From positions 3,348,001-3,412,000 of the forward strand of contig CM022667.1 in NCBI GenBank assembly GCA_012295275.1: a DNA stretch of 64,000 bases, in the 5' to 3' direction. A program made the position numbers and the translations under genes. The DNA comes from Chrysomallon squamiferum. Taxonomy: Eukaryota > Animalia > Mollusca. The notes beneath the pieces were generated by a model. The model did no database searches, was not told the origin of the DNA, and worked only from the letters and a program-made list of their open reading frames with translations. This document shows positions 13,867 to 26,250 of this stretch, piece after piece; within the stretch, counting starts at the first letter, position 1; each line of letters starts with the position of its first letter.

Positions 13867-16214
13867 AAAAGATTTATTGAAAAGAAAAGAAAAGAAATAT
13901 AAGAAAATGATTCCTTCAGGAAAAGCATTCCACAGTTATTTCCCTTTTCCTATAGTCACGTTTGGAGATCCATCATTCTCCATTAAAATTTTAAATAACT
14001 TTAGATTCAGTTAGTTTACCTTAAACTGAATGACGATTAAAAAACAACAAGTTAAACATTTCTGTAGGAAAAATTCTATGAGTAATACATATTTCACATT
14101 CAATTTCTCACTCATAACTGTCATAAGTGAACTTTTTTTTACAGATTTTATTTCTAGGTAATCTTACTTTTCTCTCCAAGTCATTCAAAGATTATTGTAA
14201 AACAGCTTAAATACTAACCATGAAGGGTACAGATTTTGAAACTGTACAGGTTTTAATGTAATTTATTAACATCATTTAATTAGTCCCATTAAAAATATTT
14301 GAATTGTAGATTTATTTATTGTGATTGGCTTTGTGGATAAATTTGAAAAAAGTGATAACATACTTAAATCTGTGTTTCCCAAAATAAAGTTATTATTTAT
14401 TTAGATTTGTGAATTTTTGTTTATAATAAAATATTTGTGTGTGTTCTTTATTTCAGGATTACATCATTATGTACATAAAATATATCTATTTATTGTTTTA
14501 TAATAAAATATTTCTTTTTATAACTTTTTGTCTGTTTTTATTTTATTTTGATTTGTTAAACTAATAAAAATTTAAATTATAATTGATTTATTATCTTTAA
14601 AACCGTACAGTTAAATTCAGTTTTTTATGTAGTACTGGAAAATGAGTGCAATTTCTCAAGGGTATGTGTGAGAGCAAATATTAAAAATAATTTTTTAATA
14701 CCGAAAATATATAGTTTTTAATATGGCAGTCAAAGCACATATTCACTAAGATTAAAATTAAATGAATATGTAAAGGAAATCAATTTTTCATTCTAATTTT
14801 TTTTTTAAATTACTTATGATGGATATAAATTTTCATTCACCTAAGCATTTTTTTTTTTTAATAAAAATAATTTAATGTCTATTATGTTTTAGGTGTAATG
14901 TTGATGTGATAAGAAACTTGTCTAAACTGTTTAGAGAGGCTCAAAATAATAATAATAATAAAACACCCAAAACATTCCATAGCTTTTGATAGTAAAACTG
15001 TCGGGCAATATTGGAATTGGAAATGTCCAAATCAGTACAGGAAAAATAATAAAAATAACAAACATGAGTTAATACTATGGTAATAATTCAACATTTCTTT
15101 ATTTTATACCTATGGAAGTGATATTTACAAAATATAAACAATGAAAAGAGTTAAAACATGAAATGTTTTAACACGAGATTCTGAATGAGATGCTGGGAGC
15201 ATCTATCTTTTATTTTTATTTAATAAGAAACAAAATGTAACAAGCAACATTATAAAAATATTGCAACTGGTCCCAACACCTCAATCAGAATACTGAAAAG
15301 AAAGATTTTTTCAATGATATTAATTACAAATGATATTGTAATGAAATTCATTTAAAAAAAAAATAATAATAAAAATTAGCGAAGTACTAATATACTAACA
15401 ACTACATTTCTTGTATCGTTATAACTGTACAGAATAATCCTTTTATTTTTTCCTTTTACACATGCTGTGCAACATTCAACTTGCAAACCGTTAATTTTTA
15501 TATTGATTTTTCTTTTTTTTAAATTCCACCTCTAAATGCTTTATTATGACCAATTATGTAGACACCACATTTCCTTTTTCCCAAGCTGTTTAATTGTGAA
15601 ATCTCAGGAGCTCATTTTTGTCACATAGTTGGCAGTGTTTTTCATGATGCAAAAAAAGAAAAAAAAAAAAGAAACTGGAATCTTCGGCTGTTAACTTTCA
15701 GGGGGTTTTCTGATTTTGATACCTATTATTTTTTTTTTAATTATTGTTATTATTATTAATTAATAATTCTTGTTTAACAGATTATGAAATTAAATTTCAA
15801 AGTTGTGGAGGTGAATTGTTTTACAATTGAATGTGCAATCCAAAAATCTCTCCAGTTTTTCCCAAAACCAATCTTATTGTTATCTGATAATAGTATCAAT
15901 TTAAACTTTCATTTAAGTACCAGATATTTATATCAAATAACTAAATACAATATTTGAAGAATAATATCATTAAGGCTGAAATTTTTTTTAAATTTTTTTT
16001 TTTAATAACAATAAAACTTTAAACTTTTTTTTTTTTGTGCTTTTTGATTGACGCTTATATCAAATAACAATAAATTTTTTAAAAATAATTTCTAGACATC
16101 AGCTGCGGAATCCAAAATCCGATTCGTCCAATACATCTTAGGTCATTTTGATCATTTTGAGTAGTTACAGTTAGATTATTTACAATGATGAACCACTTCC
16201 CTATTAAACGTTTG

Positions 16215-16639
16215 TTATGCTTTCGCTTTTCCGGTTACAGGCAGGTAGAGCTTGAACTCTGCTGGTAACTCATCTTCTGAATATAACCTGTCGGAAAAGT
16301 ACACTCGACGAATCCGGCAGTTTGCATGAATCTGAAAAAATACCCATACGAAAATTGTTATTTATGGATAAATAAAAAATGTACTTTTTATTAATAAATC
16401 AGTAAATTATATTTTTAATTTTAGTAAGTAAATCAGTACTTTCCTTCTCCAGTACTGCTCTCAGTTTATTCATAAATTGTTAGAGTAATCGAAAGTGAAA
16501 TAAAGTACAAATTTGCTTAAAATAATATTCATTTTTTAACAGAATACAGATTTTCTTTCTTATTAATCACTATTTATCTAAAATCATCTTTTATAATAAC
16601 TGAATTTTAATTTCATATTATCCTTTTTTCATTTTCCAC

Positions 16640-16671
<32 letters not shown>

Positions 16672-18936
16672 TCATTTACAACAAAATTTTCATAATTACT
16701 GTCCAAACGTAATTTATTTTTTTAACATTCTCTCACCTGGACTCGCAGTGTTTCTATGTAGTTTGTACCGTACGCTCTGCGGGTGAAGTCAGACAGGTTG
16801 AACTGAATTTGATTCCAGCCATCGTCCAGTCTCATTGGCATTGTGCAGATAAACGGCTTCACGCGGGTTGTACTCTGGTAATTACTCGCTCGGAATCTTC
16901 TTCGTACATTCTTGTCATCCAGCACCTGATAATTTTTTTTATAAATAATAATAGTTTCACTCTATATATATGTGTGTGTGTGTTAATTCAGTTTAAATAC
17001 TGTACAAAACGTTTCCTAGAATACGTACACATACTTAGTAGATTTATATCTGGTTGTTTTTTAACCTGTGACTTTATGTTGTGTTTGTGTCTATGTGCAT
17101 GTGTGTATATGTATGTGTTTATGTGGTTTAAAACAATCCTTCTACACTGTGTTGCCGTTATTAGCACATACTAACCTATGGCATTCTTCAGATTTTATTT
17201 CATAACATAAATTGCATAATTAGTAATTATACACTCTAAAAAGCTAACAAGTCATGATGGTATTGTAAATTATATTCAACAAATATCTTTGAAAAAAACC
17301 CAACTCAGACAAGAAATACTAGTAGAAATACTGCAATATAAATAGTGTAACTCTCAATTTAGAAGTTTTCTTCTTCTTTTTTTTCTTCTTTTTTTTTGGT
17401 TTGAGGTGTGGAATTACATTTCTGATTCAACCTAAATGACAACAAATTGATAAAATTATTGATCAAATTCCATATTTTTGTGTACCTGAACTTCAAATGT
17501 GAAATATTTCTTCAAATTCTTAATGATCATAACCAAGAAAGGTAGTTTTATCCCCAGTGTGCTCTTTGGATCTGCTGGGCATGTGATGAATGTTGTGCTG
17601 TAAACATAAAATAATTTTTTTTAATTTTAATATTATTTGTTTTAATCATAATTACTGCTAATCCTTTTCATTTTAAGGTATCATAACACTTCTTGTTGCC
17701 AATAATTCAGATTTTTGTTCTGGAAGCATCTCTTCAAATTACTTCATTCTTATTATGTGAAATTCTAAGTATGTGTATGTTGACCGGTTCATTATTCAGT
17801 TTGATAAAAAAAAAAAAAAACTTCTTTTGCTGCAGATTTCTAGGTATTGAAATTCCTTATCTATGTGAATGAATGCTTCCATAAAGAAGAAAAGAATCCT
17901 TTTTTTTTTAACATTTACTTTCATATGACAAATTTTATCATTTCTCTTTTCAAGTTTACAACTCAAAGAATGTTAACTGGCTAATCAATCATCAGTTTAA
18001 AATCTGTAAAAAATAACTTATTTTAAAAACTGATATTATATTCTTTGTTGTTTCAAAGATATAAATATTTTGGTAACAACAAAATCAGTTTAATCATTAT
18101 CATACTTAGTTATTTTTTCTCAAATGCAGTAAGTAAACATAAAAATTAGTTTGCATTAGATATAGTATTTTATAAAAACTGCCACTGTTTATAAAGAAAG
18201 AATATATCATGATTATTTTTTATCCAGAATGTTTCTTTAAAATATATTATTAATAACAAGCTGATGTGACTTCTGTAATGATATTGTAAATTAAAATATA
18301 TCCAAACAAACATTGACTAATCTGTGATAATGAACATGAATTTAATTAAAATTAGAATATTATTTGTGAAAAAGGATAAGCGTTTCTACATGTAGCTAAT
18401 AACTGACCATAGATGTTAACAATGTATACCTGTTTCATAAAAATAAAAATTTATAAAAAGTTACATACCTAACATTTGTTCCAACAATTTCTAACACTAA
18501 TGACTGGATATCGTTGTCTGTTATACGTTTTATGTGGCCATTTCGAACCTGTAAAAGAAAAACATTCACTCATAACTGTAATATAATAATAAAACAGATT
18601 TATTTCAAACATAATTAATTGAAAATCTCTATTAACTTGAACATCTTCGAAATAGAAATTTTCATAAATATTTCGTATTTTAAATTCATTATTGAGAATG
18701 CAATTCATTATTTATAATAATATATACTATTATTCGTATTTACATTATTCCAAAACTAAATGCTGAGGGAAAAACTGATTTGTTTTACATTGAATGCGTA
18801 TCCAGGGAAATCATCATGGAAGACAGGAAGAAACAAAACGCAGAAAACTTACCTTTTTGTCCCAGATTTGAAGAGGTTTACTACCAATACTGTAAAGTAT
18901 TGATAAAAATCCACTTTGAAATGTGTTTTTGAACAT
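16215..18936 (-). CDS. CFAP20: Cilia- and flagella-associated protein 20 (193 aa, 5 exons)
   Basis: Exons 18936-18853, 18548-18469, 17597-17486, 16925-16737 and 16331-16215 total 582 nt. Translation [39 protein letters not shown]...[62 protein letters not shown] is the highly conserved CFAP20/BUG22 sequence. Confidence 0.98.
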
Positions 18937-19059
18937 AGTGAAATAATATAGAGTCCAACAATGGATAAAAATCAAGCTATTTCTCACTGTACGCCTTTAT
19001 ATGCTTCTACTCGTGCGATCACTAAGTTGTCAAGTGAAGATTCCAGGGTGTGTATACAG

Positions 19060-19430
19060 GTGAGGTTGCCAGGGGCGCGTATTAATACAAGTTACTATGG
19101 GAGCCATATTCCTTCATTATATTGTCATAATATACTAAACATTGTCATGTTTCAATTTTCATTTTATATAGTTATAATACATTTACATACATAATTAATT
19201 GAAACTTTCTGCAAAGTATTGTTTTATTCTTCTGATATCTCTATTATTTTTTAGGAACTACATTATTCTAGATACGTATTCATCAACTTCCGTAACCGCC
19301 ATTGGACTTCACTGGATTTAACCTTTGACCTCCGTTGCTCGGGGATGGATTTCCTGGGCGTATAGTTTTGCTGCCTGGTATCGCACGCCTTTGTTTACGG
19401 TTGGAAAACACGCGGGTGGAAGCTTTCATA
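19060..19430. promoter_or_regulatory. CFAP20 upstream promoter region with X-box-like and housekeeping motifs
   Basis: Imperfect RFX X-box-like sites GTTGCCAGGGGCGC (19065-19078) and GTTACTATGGGAGC (19091-19104) lie 130-170 bp upstream of the ATG. A CpG island at 19285-19425 has minus-strand CCAAT, AATGGCGG (YY1-like) and CGGAAGT (ETS-like) motifs. Confidence 0.45.
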
Positions 19431-21249
19431 AATTTCATTTTTCAGTTATAGTTAATTATCTTTATTCATTAATGCTACTTATTACTATTCACCAATGTTG
19501 TTACAGTCCACATGCGGTCACTTGTTTATGTAAGGTGCCTTAACACGTGAAACTTGAACATAATGGTAAATTAAACAGTATTCACTGTATAATGTGTATT
19601 GTATACACAACTCACATGTATAAGACATTAAAAAGTTTAGTCAAACTAGAAATAATAACTCTGTACACCTGTTTATTTATACTAATTAGTTAAGCAGAAG
19701 AAAATATAAACAATTTTTTGAGGGTTTATCTCTCTCTCTCTCTCATATTTTTATTCTGTCTCTCTAATTTTATTTTATATTGAAATTAATAACAAAAAAA
19801 GTACATTCAGTACGTACAGTAACAACAACAAACTCATCAATAATATCAGTAGTAATAATAATAACAACAACAGCTTTATAGTAAAAATAGTATTGTGGTG
19901 GTAATAGTAGTAATATTAGTAGTAGTCAGGGCCTGATTTATGAGGAAGAAAAGGGAGCAACTGACATCCAGACTTAAAAATTTAATTAAAAAAAAAATAA
20001 TATTAGTTTTATAAAATTTATTCGCCTTACTAATTTTATAAGTCACTTTTTTCTTCTTCTTCTTCGTCTTTTTTTTTTTTTTTTTTTTTTTTCTATTTTC
20101 TTCATTTCTTTTTCGACTCCCCTCCCATTAATCTGTGGTAATAAAGATTATAAAAATAAAACCCACTGAAATACATAACAAACTCATGGACACACAGACA
20201 GAGACTTTAAAAAAGATGAATATTTAATTAACTCTTATTTCTCTTACGTCACTTTATGTTGCATTTTAGATTACTTTTTTCTGTTGCCTACAAACCAAAC
20301 ACGTTACTTAATTTTTAATGCTTTGTTGTATTGTTACGATGATTTTAGCGTTTTTTATGGACTTATTTATAGCTCCGAATAAGAAAAATATCTATACAGC
20401 CTATTTGTTATTTTTAGATTGTCATTTATTTGAAAAGAATTTCCAAAGAGGTCGATGAGAGCATTCGATTTTGATTTAGACCAATGAGCTTTACCGACCC
20501 ATCACTGTCGTCTGCTTCTGGGATGAGCAGACGGCGTTTTGTTTCCGCTGTTGCGACAACAAAAGAATGAAAACAAGTGTTTAATAATAGACAGTTTTCA
20601 GTTTATCATGGTGACGAAGGAAAACAACAAATACACATTTTTAAACGTCTGTTTTATTTTTTCTATCTCGAATAAATTTATGTTTCATCACCAATAAAAC
20701 AGTTATTAAATAAACTTTACCGGGATAGATTTAGATATCTCAACGGCAATATATATGTAACAGTCTTTTTTAAAAAGCAACACACACACCCTATACACAT
20801 TCACTGAATAAATAAATGCTTGTTATTTTATATATTCAAACGTACTTGCGTGTGTATGTGTTGTGTCCGATTGATGTGTGTATATGTGTGTTTGTGAATG
20901 ATTGTGATCATAATAACTACAATGTAACTTAGAACGTAATATATATGAACAATAAATATATGAGTTTAAAAGACAGTGTGAATAAATCTAATCATTACTG
21001 TTATTTCTTATAAATAAATAAAAAATAAAAATAAAATTTAATGAAATATAAATAATTATTTTGGATTGGGTTGTTTTTTTTTTTTTTACAACAAATTTAT
21101 TTTATGATATTTCTGCAATAATTTGGGCTGCATTCCACTAAAATGGGCTAAACAGAATCAAATTTTGGTTAATAGATCAATGAAAAGGCAAACAATTATT
21201 TTGAAATACTTAGCAGAATAATCTGGTAATTTGGTAACAGATATTCAGT

Positions 21250-21285
<36 letters not shown>

Positions 21286-21317
21286 CGCCGAAACAGGTAC
21301 AAACAAGTAAATAACGC

Positions 21318-21342
21318 AAACACACACACACCCACACACACA

Positions 21343-21413
<71 letters not shown>

Positions 21414-21532
21414 ACGCACACTATCTAATTATCTAAATATAAATCAATTTGAGTTCAGTAAATGTTTAATCTAAATTTATTTCCAAAGAGTATTTGTGAG
21501 TACATATTTTAATAAAATGGAAATCGTTTCAA

Positions 21533-21604
<72 letters not shown>
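21318..21604. repeat. (CA)n and (CT)n microsatellites
   Basis: Directly visible at about 21318-21415 and 21536-21604. Confidence 0.9.
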
Positions 21605-21605
<1 letters not shown>

Positions 21606-22567
21606 AACTCATTGTCGCGGATTTTTCATACAAACTAAATTAGCAGCTCAGTGATCGATCAGTGTTTCTTATCAAATATTAACATTAGCATCAGTTAGGT
21701 CTGTAATTATCACACTTTTTGTTGTGTGATATTAGTTTATTTGTTTACCCAGACGCCATAGAACTAAACGAGTGATGTTCAGCGGTCGATAAGACTCTGT
21801 GTGACAGTCGTAAATAATTGAAGTGATATCTGTAAATGCGAAAAAGATTCAGGTAGCGCAGTGTAACGAAATTCGTTTGTAACTTAATACAAGCTGCGAA
21901 AAATCGTTTCAGTCAATAGTGTGGCAACATGACGACATTAACAGTATAATGGCAGTTATCATATACGATAAATAAATGTTTTGAAATAAAAATTAGCAGA
22001 TGATAAATAGAGAAATAAAATTACTTAAAAGAAGAAATGAATAGGTACTTAGACACACAAACACACACACACACACACACACAGCTATGGAGAAAGAAAG
22101 AGAAATAATTATTTCTCCCATACACATGCACACACTACAATACTAACAAATAGCTCGGCAAAACTCAGAGAAAATATAATTTTTTATAAAAGAAAATAGA
22201 CAGAACTAGATAATAAATCGTTGAACTGAAATGCCCGTTTCCATCAGCCACTGAACATGGTTTTATTTTAGGGGTGATCTTTTTTTTATTAAGCACGTGT
22301 AAGCTAACTCCAGCTCGAAGACTACTTCTGTCACCTGGAATATTTTCATATACGTATTGTTTTGCCATCAAATAAATTATAAAATACGTCTGTCTGTTTC
22401 TATTTTCTAACAGAACAATCTTAATCTGTGTGTATTTGTCTGAGTGCGTGCGTGCGTGTGTTTTGTCACCAAATTGTATTCTAGCGCAATCCATTTCACA
22501 AATTGTTTTTACTTCAGAATTAACGGTGCTCAAAAATCGTGGCCGAAATCAGGGGAAAAGAATCGGT

Positions 22568-23355
22568 ATGGCCATATCAACAAAAAAGCAGGAAGTATTT
22601 TCTGCTGCCGAAATAAAATCAGGAATTTTGTCGCATCTGGAAGGCAACGATCTTTACCAGAAAGTGTCATCCCATCTCAAATGCTTAGATCAAACTCCTG
22701 ATTTTGAAGAAGAGAATCTCAAAGCTGAAAAGTTGGTTTTAAATTATTATGCAATTGACATTACACCACTCATCCACAATTTGAAGCGTTTACATAATCA
22801 AACCATCTTAAAACCCCTGACAGTTTTACATTTATTATTGTAATTAGATTGACTAAATCAGTACCATAAATACAGATAAATAATTAATTTTTATATATGA
22901 CATAGTTTTAATAAATCGCATATAACTTTGATACTAATAAAATTTATTATTAAATTAAATATTAATTATAATTTATAGGGGATTGCATTCAGATTCTGAC
23001 GGTTTCAAATTTCAAATTTTTGCACAGCTCTGTTTTAATTATTATTTTATTTTATCATATTTTATTTTATTTTATTTTATTTATAGCTGATATGTTCTTC
23101 ATGCTAGGGTATCATTAAACATTCATTCATTCATACCAGATTTCAGTTGTGTTTTCAATGCTTGTTTCAAAGTAGAGTTTATTTAATAAATATCTCTTTG
23201 TTTGGATTACCGACTTAAAAATGAATCCTTATTCTTATTCTCTTTTTTATTATTACTATTGTTGTTGTTGTTTGTTATTATTACTATTAATTTTTTGTTA
23301 TAATTGTTGTTGTTGTTGTTATTGTTATTATTATTATTGTTATTATTATTATTAC

Positions 23356-23392
<37 letters not shown>

Positions 23393-23782
23393 TTAAGATG
23401 GCTTCAGTGGGCAGTAGGAATAAAAGAACTGAAGGTCATTCACCAAGCTGTGCCTGTTGGAATTCTGCCAAACGGTTACCAGGGATCCCTGATTGATGTA
23501 AAAGTCTTCTCAAAAAGAGGACCTGACGATGGTATCTATGACAACAATGAAGAAATTAGAGAAAAGGTAAGACGGGAATAAAAAAATAAAATAAAATTAC
23601 TGATATCAGCAAAAACAAATATTAAATGGGATTTCTATAATTATTTTCAAATTGATTGTTCAGTTATGCTTTTATTGCTGTTGAAGATAAATTTTCAGTA
23701 CTTCACTTATAAACATTTCTAATGCTTGGCATTCATTTTTAAAACATCTTTGGAGTTGAATTATATACTTGTGTGTGTATGA

Positions 23783-23828
<46 letters not shown>

Positions 23829-25637
23829 AAACATTCATGAGTGTGTTTTTGTGTGTATGACAGTATATCTTAATACTTTTTAAAATTATTGTTTGTTTGG
23901 TACAGGTTGCTAGGGGTAACACATTTCTTCACATTGATAATGGTCCGTACCATGGTACAACCTGTATCCTCTATGCAATGAAAAAATTCACTGGTGGTCT
24001 TGGTGATGATGATGACAGAGAGAAGGGAGATAACCACACATGGAAAAAATATTTTACTAAGGTAATTTTCTAAAACATTTTTCAGTAGATCAGAAAAGAA
24101 TTTTAAGTATAAAAAAGAGGGAAAAAAACAAAAGCAGTTAATAGTAATAATAAAAATATATTCAAAATTGATCGAAAATTTGATATTTTAATTAATAACT
24201 AGATATTAAATTTTTTTATTAATTTCTTTATTTTATTTTATTTCACTTTATTAACTTCAATAACTTCTAGAAATTTCATATTCACAATATACTTTAACAT
24301 TAATCATTAATAAAAATAAAAACTTTTTAATTATTCTTTTTTTTAATTTAGCAATTTTATGGATCAATAATAATTTAAAAAATAATTTAAAAAAAAAAAA
24401 AAATTGTGGAACCATAATAAAATAAACCAAAAATATTTTAATTCATTTTAATAATAATCTTGAGTTTTACTGGAGATAAAAATATTTGAAAAACGTTTCA
24501 GCAAATCAAATTCACTGACAGTATTGTGGCTACAAGGAAAGCCAATGGAGAAGCTGCTCACTTGAGTTGCCGAAACATTGACAGAGAATTTGTTTTGTGC
24601 GGTGGATCTAAGAATGTTCACATGCTTTTCAGAAAAAAGCGTAAGTTAATATACACAGACCTGTTTTTTTTAAACAGTTACACTAAAAATAAGATATATA
24701 TTTAACTGTAAGGTGTTTAAAATATCTTTTTTTTAAATTTTATTTTATTTATGGAAAGTCCTTCATATGTGCATAATAGTAGATACAAAAGATAATTGCA
24801 AAATAATAACTAATAATCAACAAGACTTCTAATGAAATATTCTTTCAGGTTTATGGCATAAGTTACACCATACAGTTATGTTAGTGGTTGTTTAGATAAC
24901 GTTATTTTTAAAAATATATTAACAGTAGACCATAAAACATTATCTTGAAGACAGTTTCAGTTATTGGTTGTTTAGAAAGTATTACAATATAAACATGTAT
25001 TAAGAGTAGACAATATTTGTTTTATTATAAAGACTGATTCTATTATTGCTTGTTTGGATAATGTTATATTTTAACACATGTATTAACAGTCAACTTAAAA
25101 AATGTTATCCTGAAGAAAGTATTCATTATTAGTTGTTTAGATGACATTATATATTAACAGTGGACATAAAACGTTACCCTGAAGAAAGTACTCATTTTTA
25201 GTTGTTTAGATAACATTATATTTTAACATGTATTAACAGTGGACACAAAAATGTTATCCTGATGAAAGTATTTATTATTAGTTGTTTAGACAATATTATA
25301 TACTAACATATGTATTAATAGTAGACACAAAAATGTTATCCTGAAGAAAGTACTCATTTTTAGTTGTTTAGATAACATTATATTTTTATTATGTATTAAC
25401 AGTGGACATAAAACGTTACCCTGAAGACCGATTCCGTATTGCCAGAGAAGTGTGTGAGACTGTTATGGATGTTCTGGAACAAATGAACCCAGAAGATAAA
25501 TACAGGTTAGTAAAAATAAAATCTAGAGACCCCGAAATTAGAAAACAATTAACCACAGATATTTACTTCATCTTGTAAACGCAACCTTTTTTATAAAATA
25601 TTCAGGGTTAAAAAATTATTTTTATATAAATGTATAA

Positions 25638-25696
<59 letters not shown>

Positions 25697-26183
25697 ATTA
25701 TAAATGTGAAAAAAAAATCATATATAATTGAAATGCATATTACAGGTACAATTCTTTTATAATTATTAATTTTTTTTTTTTTTTTTTTCACCTTTGAGAT
25801 TTTGTAACCACTTTCTTTTATTTTTATAAGATTGATTTATTATGCCTTCATTGATTATGAAGTGTGAATAGAATTTAAAAAAATTATACACTTTATTTAT
25901 TTTTAGATTACTGAGTTTTTTAGCGCTAACTCACTACACTGCAGTGTTTGAAATTCTTGCACCTCACCACCAACATGTTGAAGATCTTTCATATCTGTCT
26001 AGGTTTGTATTAGAATGTGTTAGATGTGTTTCTTATATTGGGGATGTATCTTTATGTTTGTGTGTCTGTGTGTGTGTGTTTATTTTATTTACAATAAGAA
26101 TAATGATAATAACAAAAGTAATGGTGACAGTGACAGCAATGATAATGATGATATTTTAAACAGAATAATAATAATAGTAATTA

Positions 26184-26250
<67 letters not shown>

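Noticed and set aside
19285-19430. GC-rich segment considered as an snRNA or other ncRNA
   Set aside because: It shows no similarity to U11, U12, U4atac, U6atac, 7SK, vault or tRNA as I recall them, and its motif content fits a promoter.
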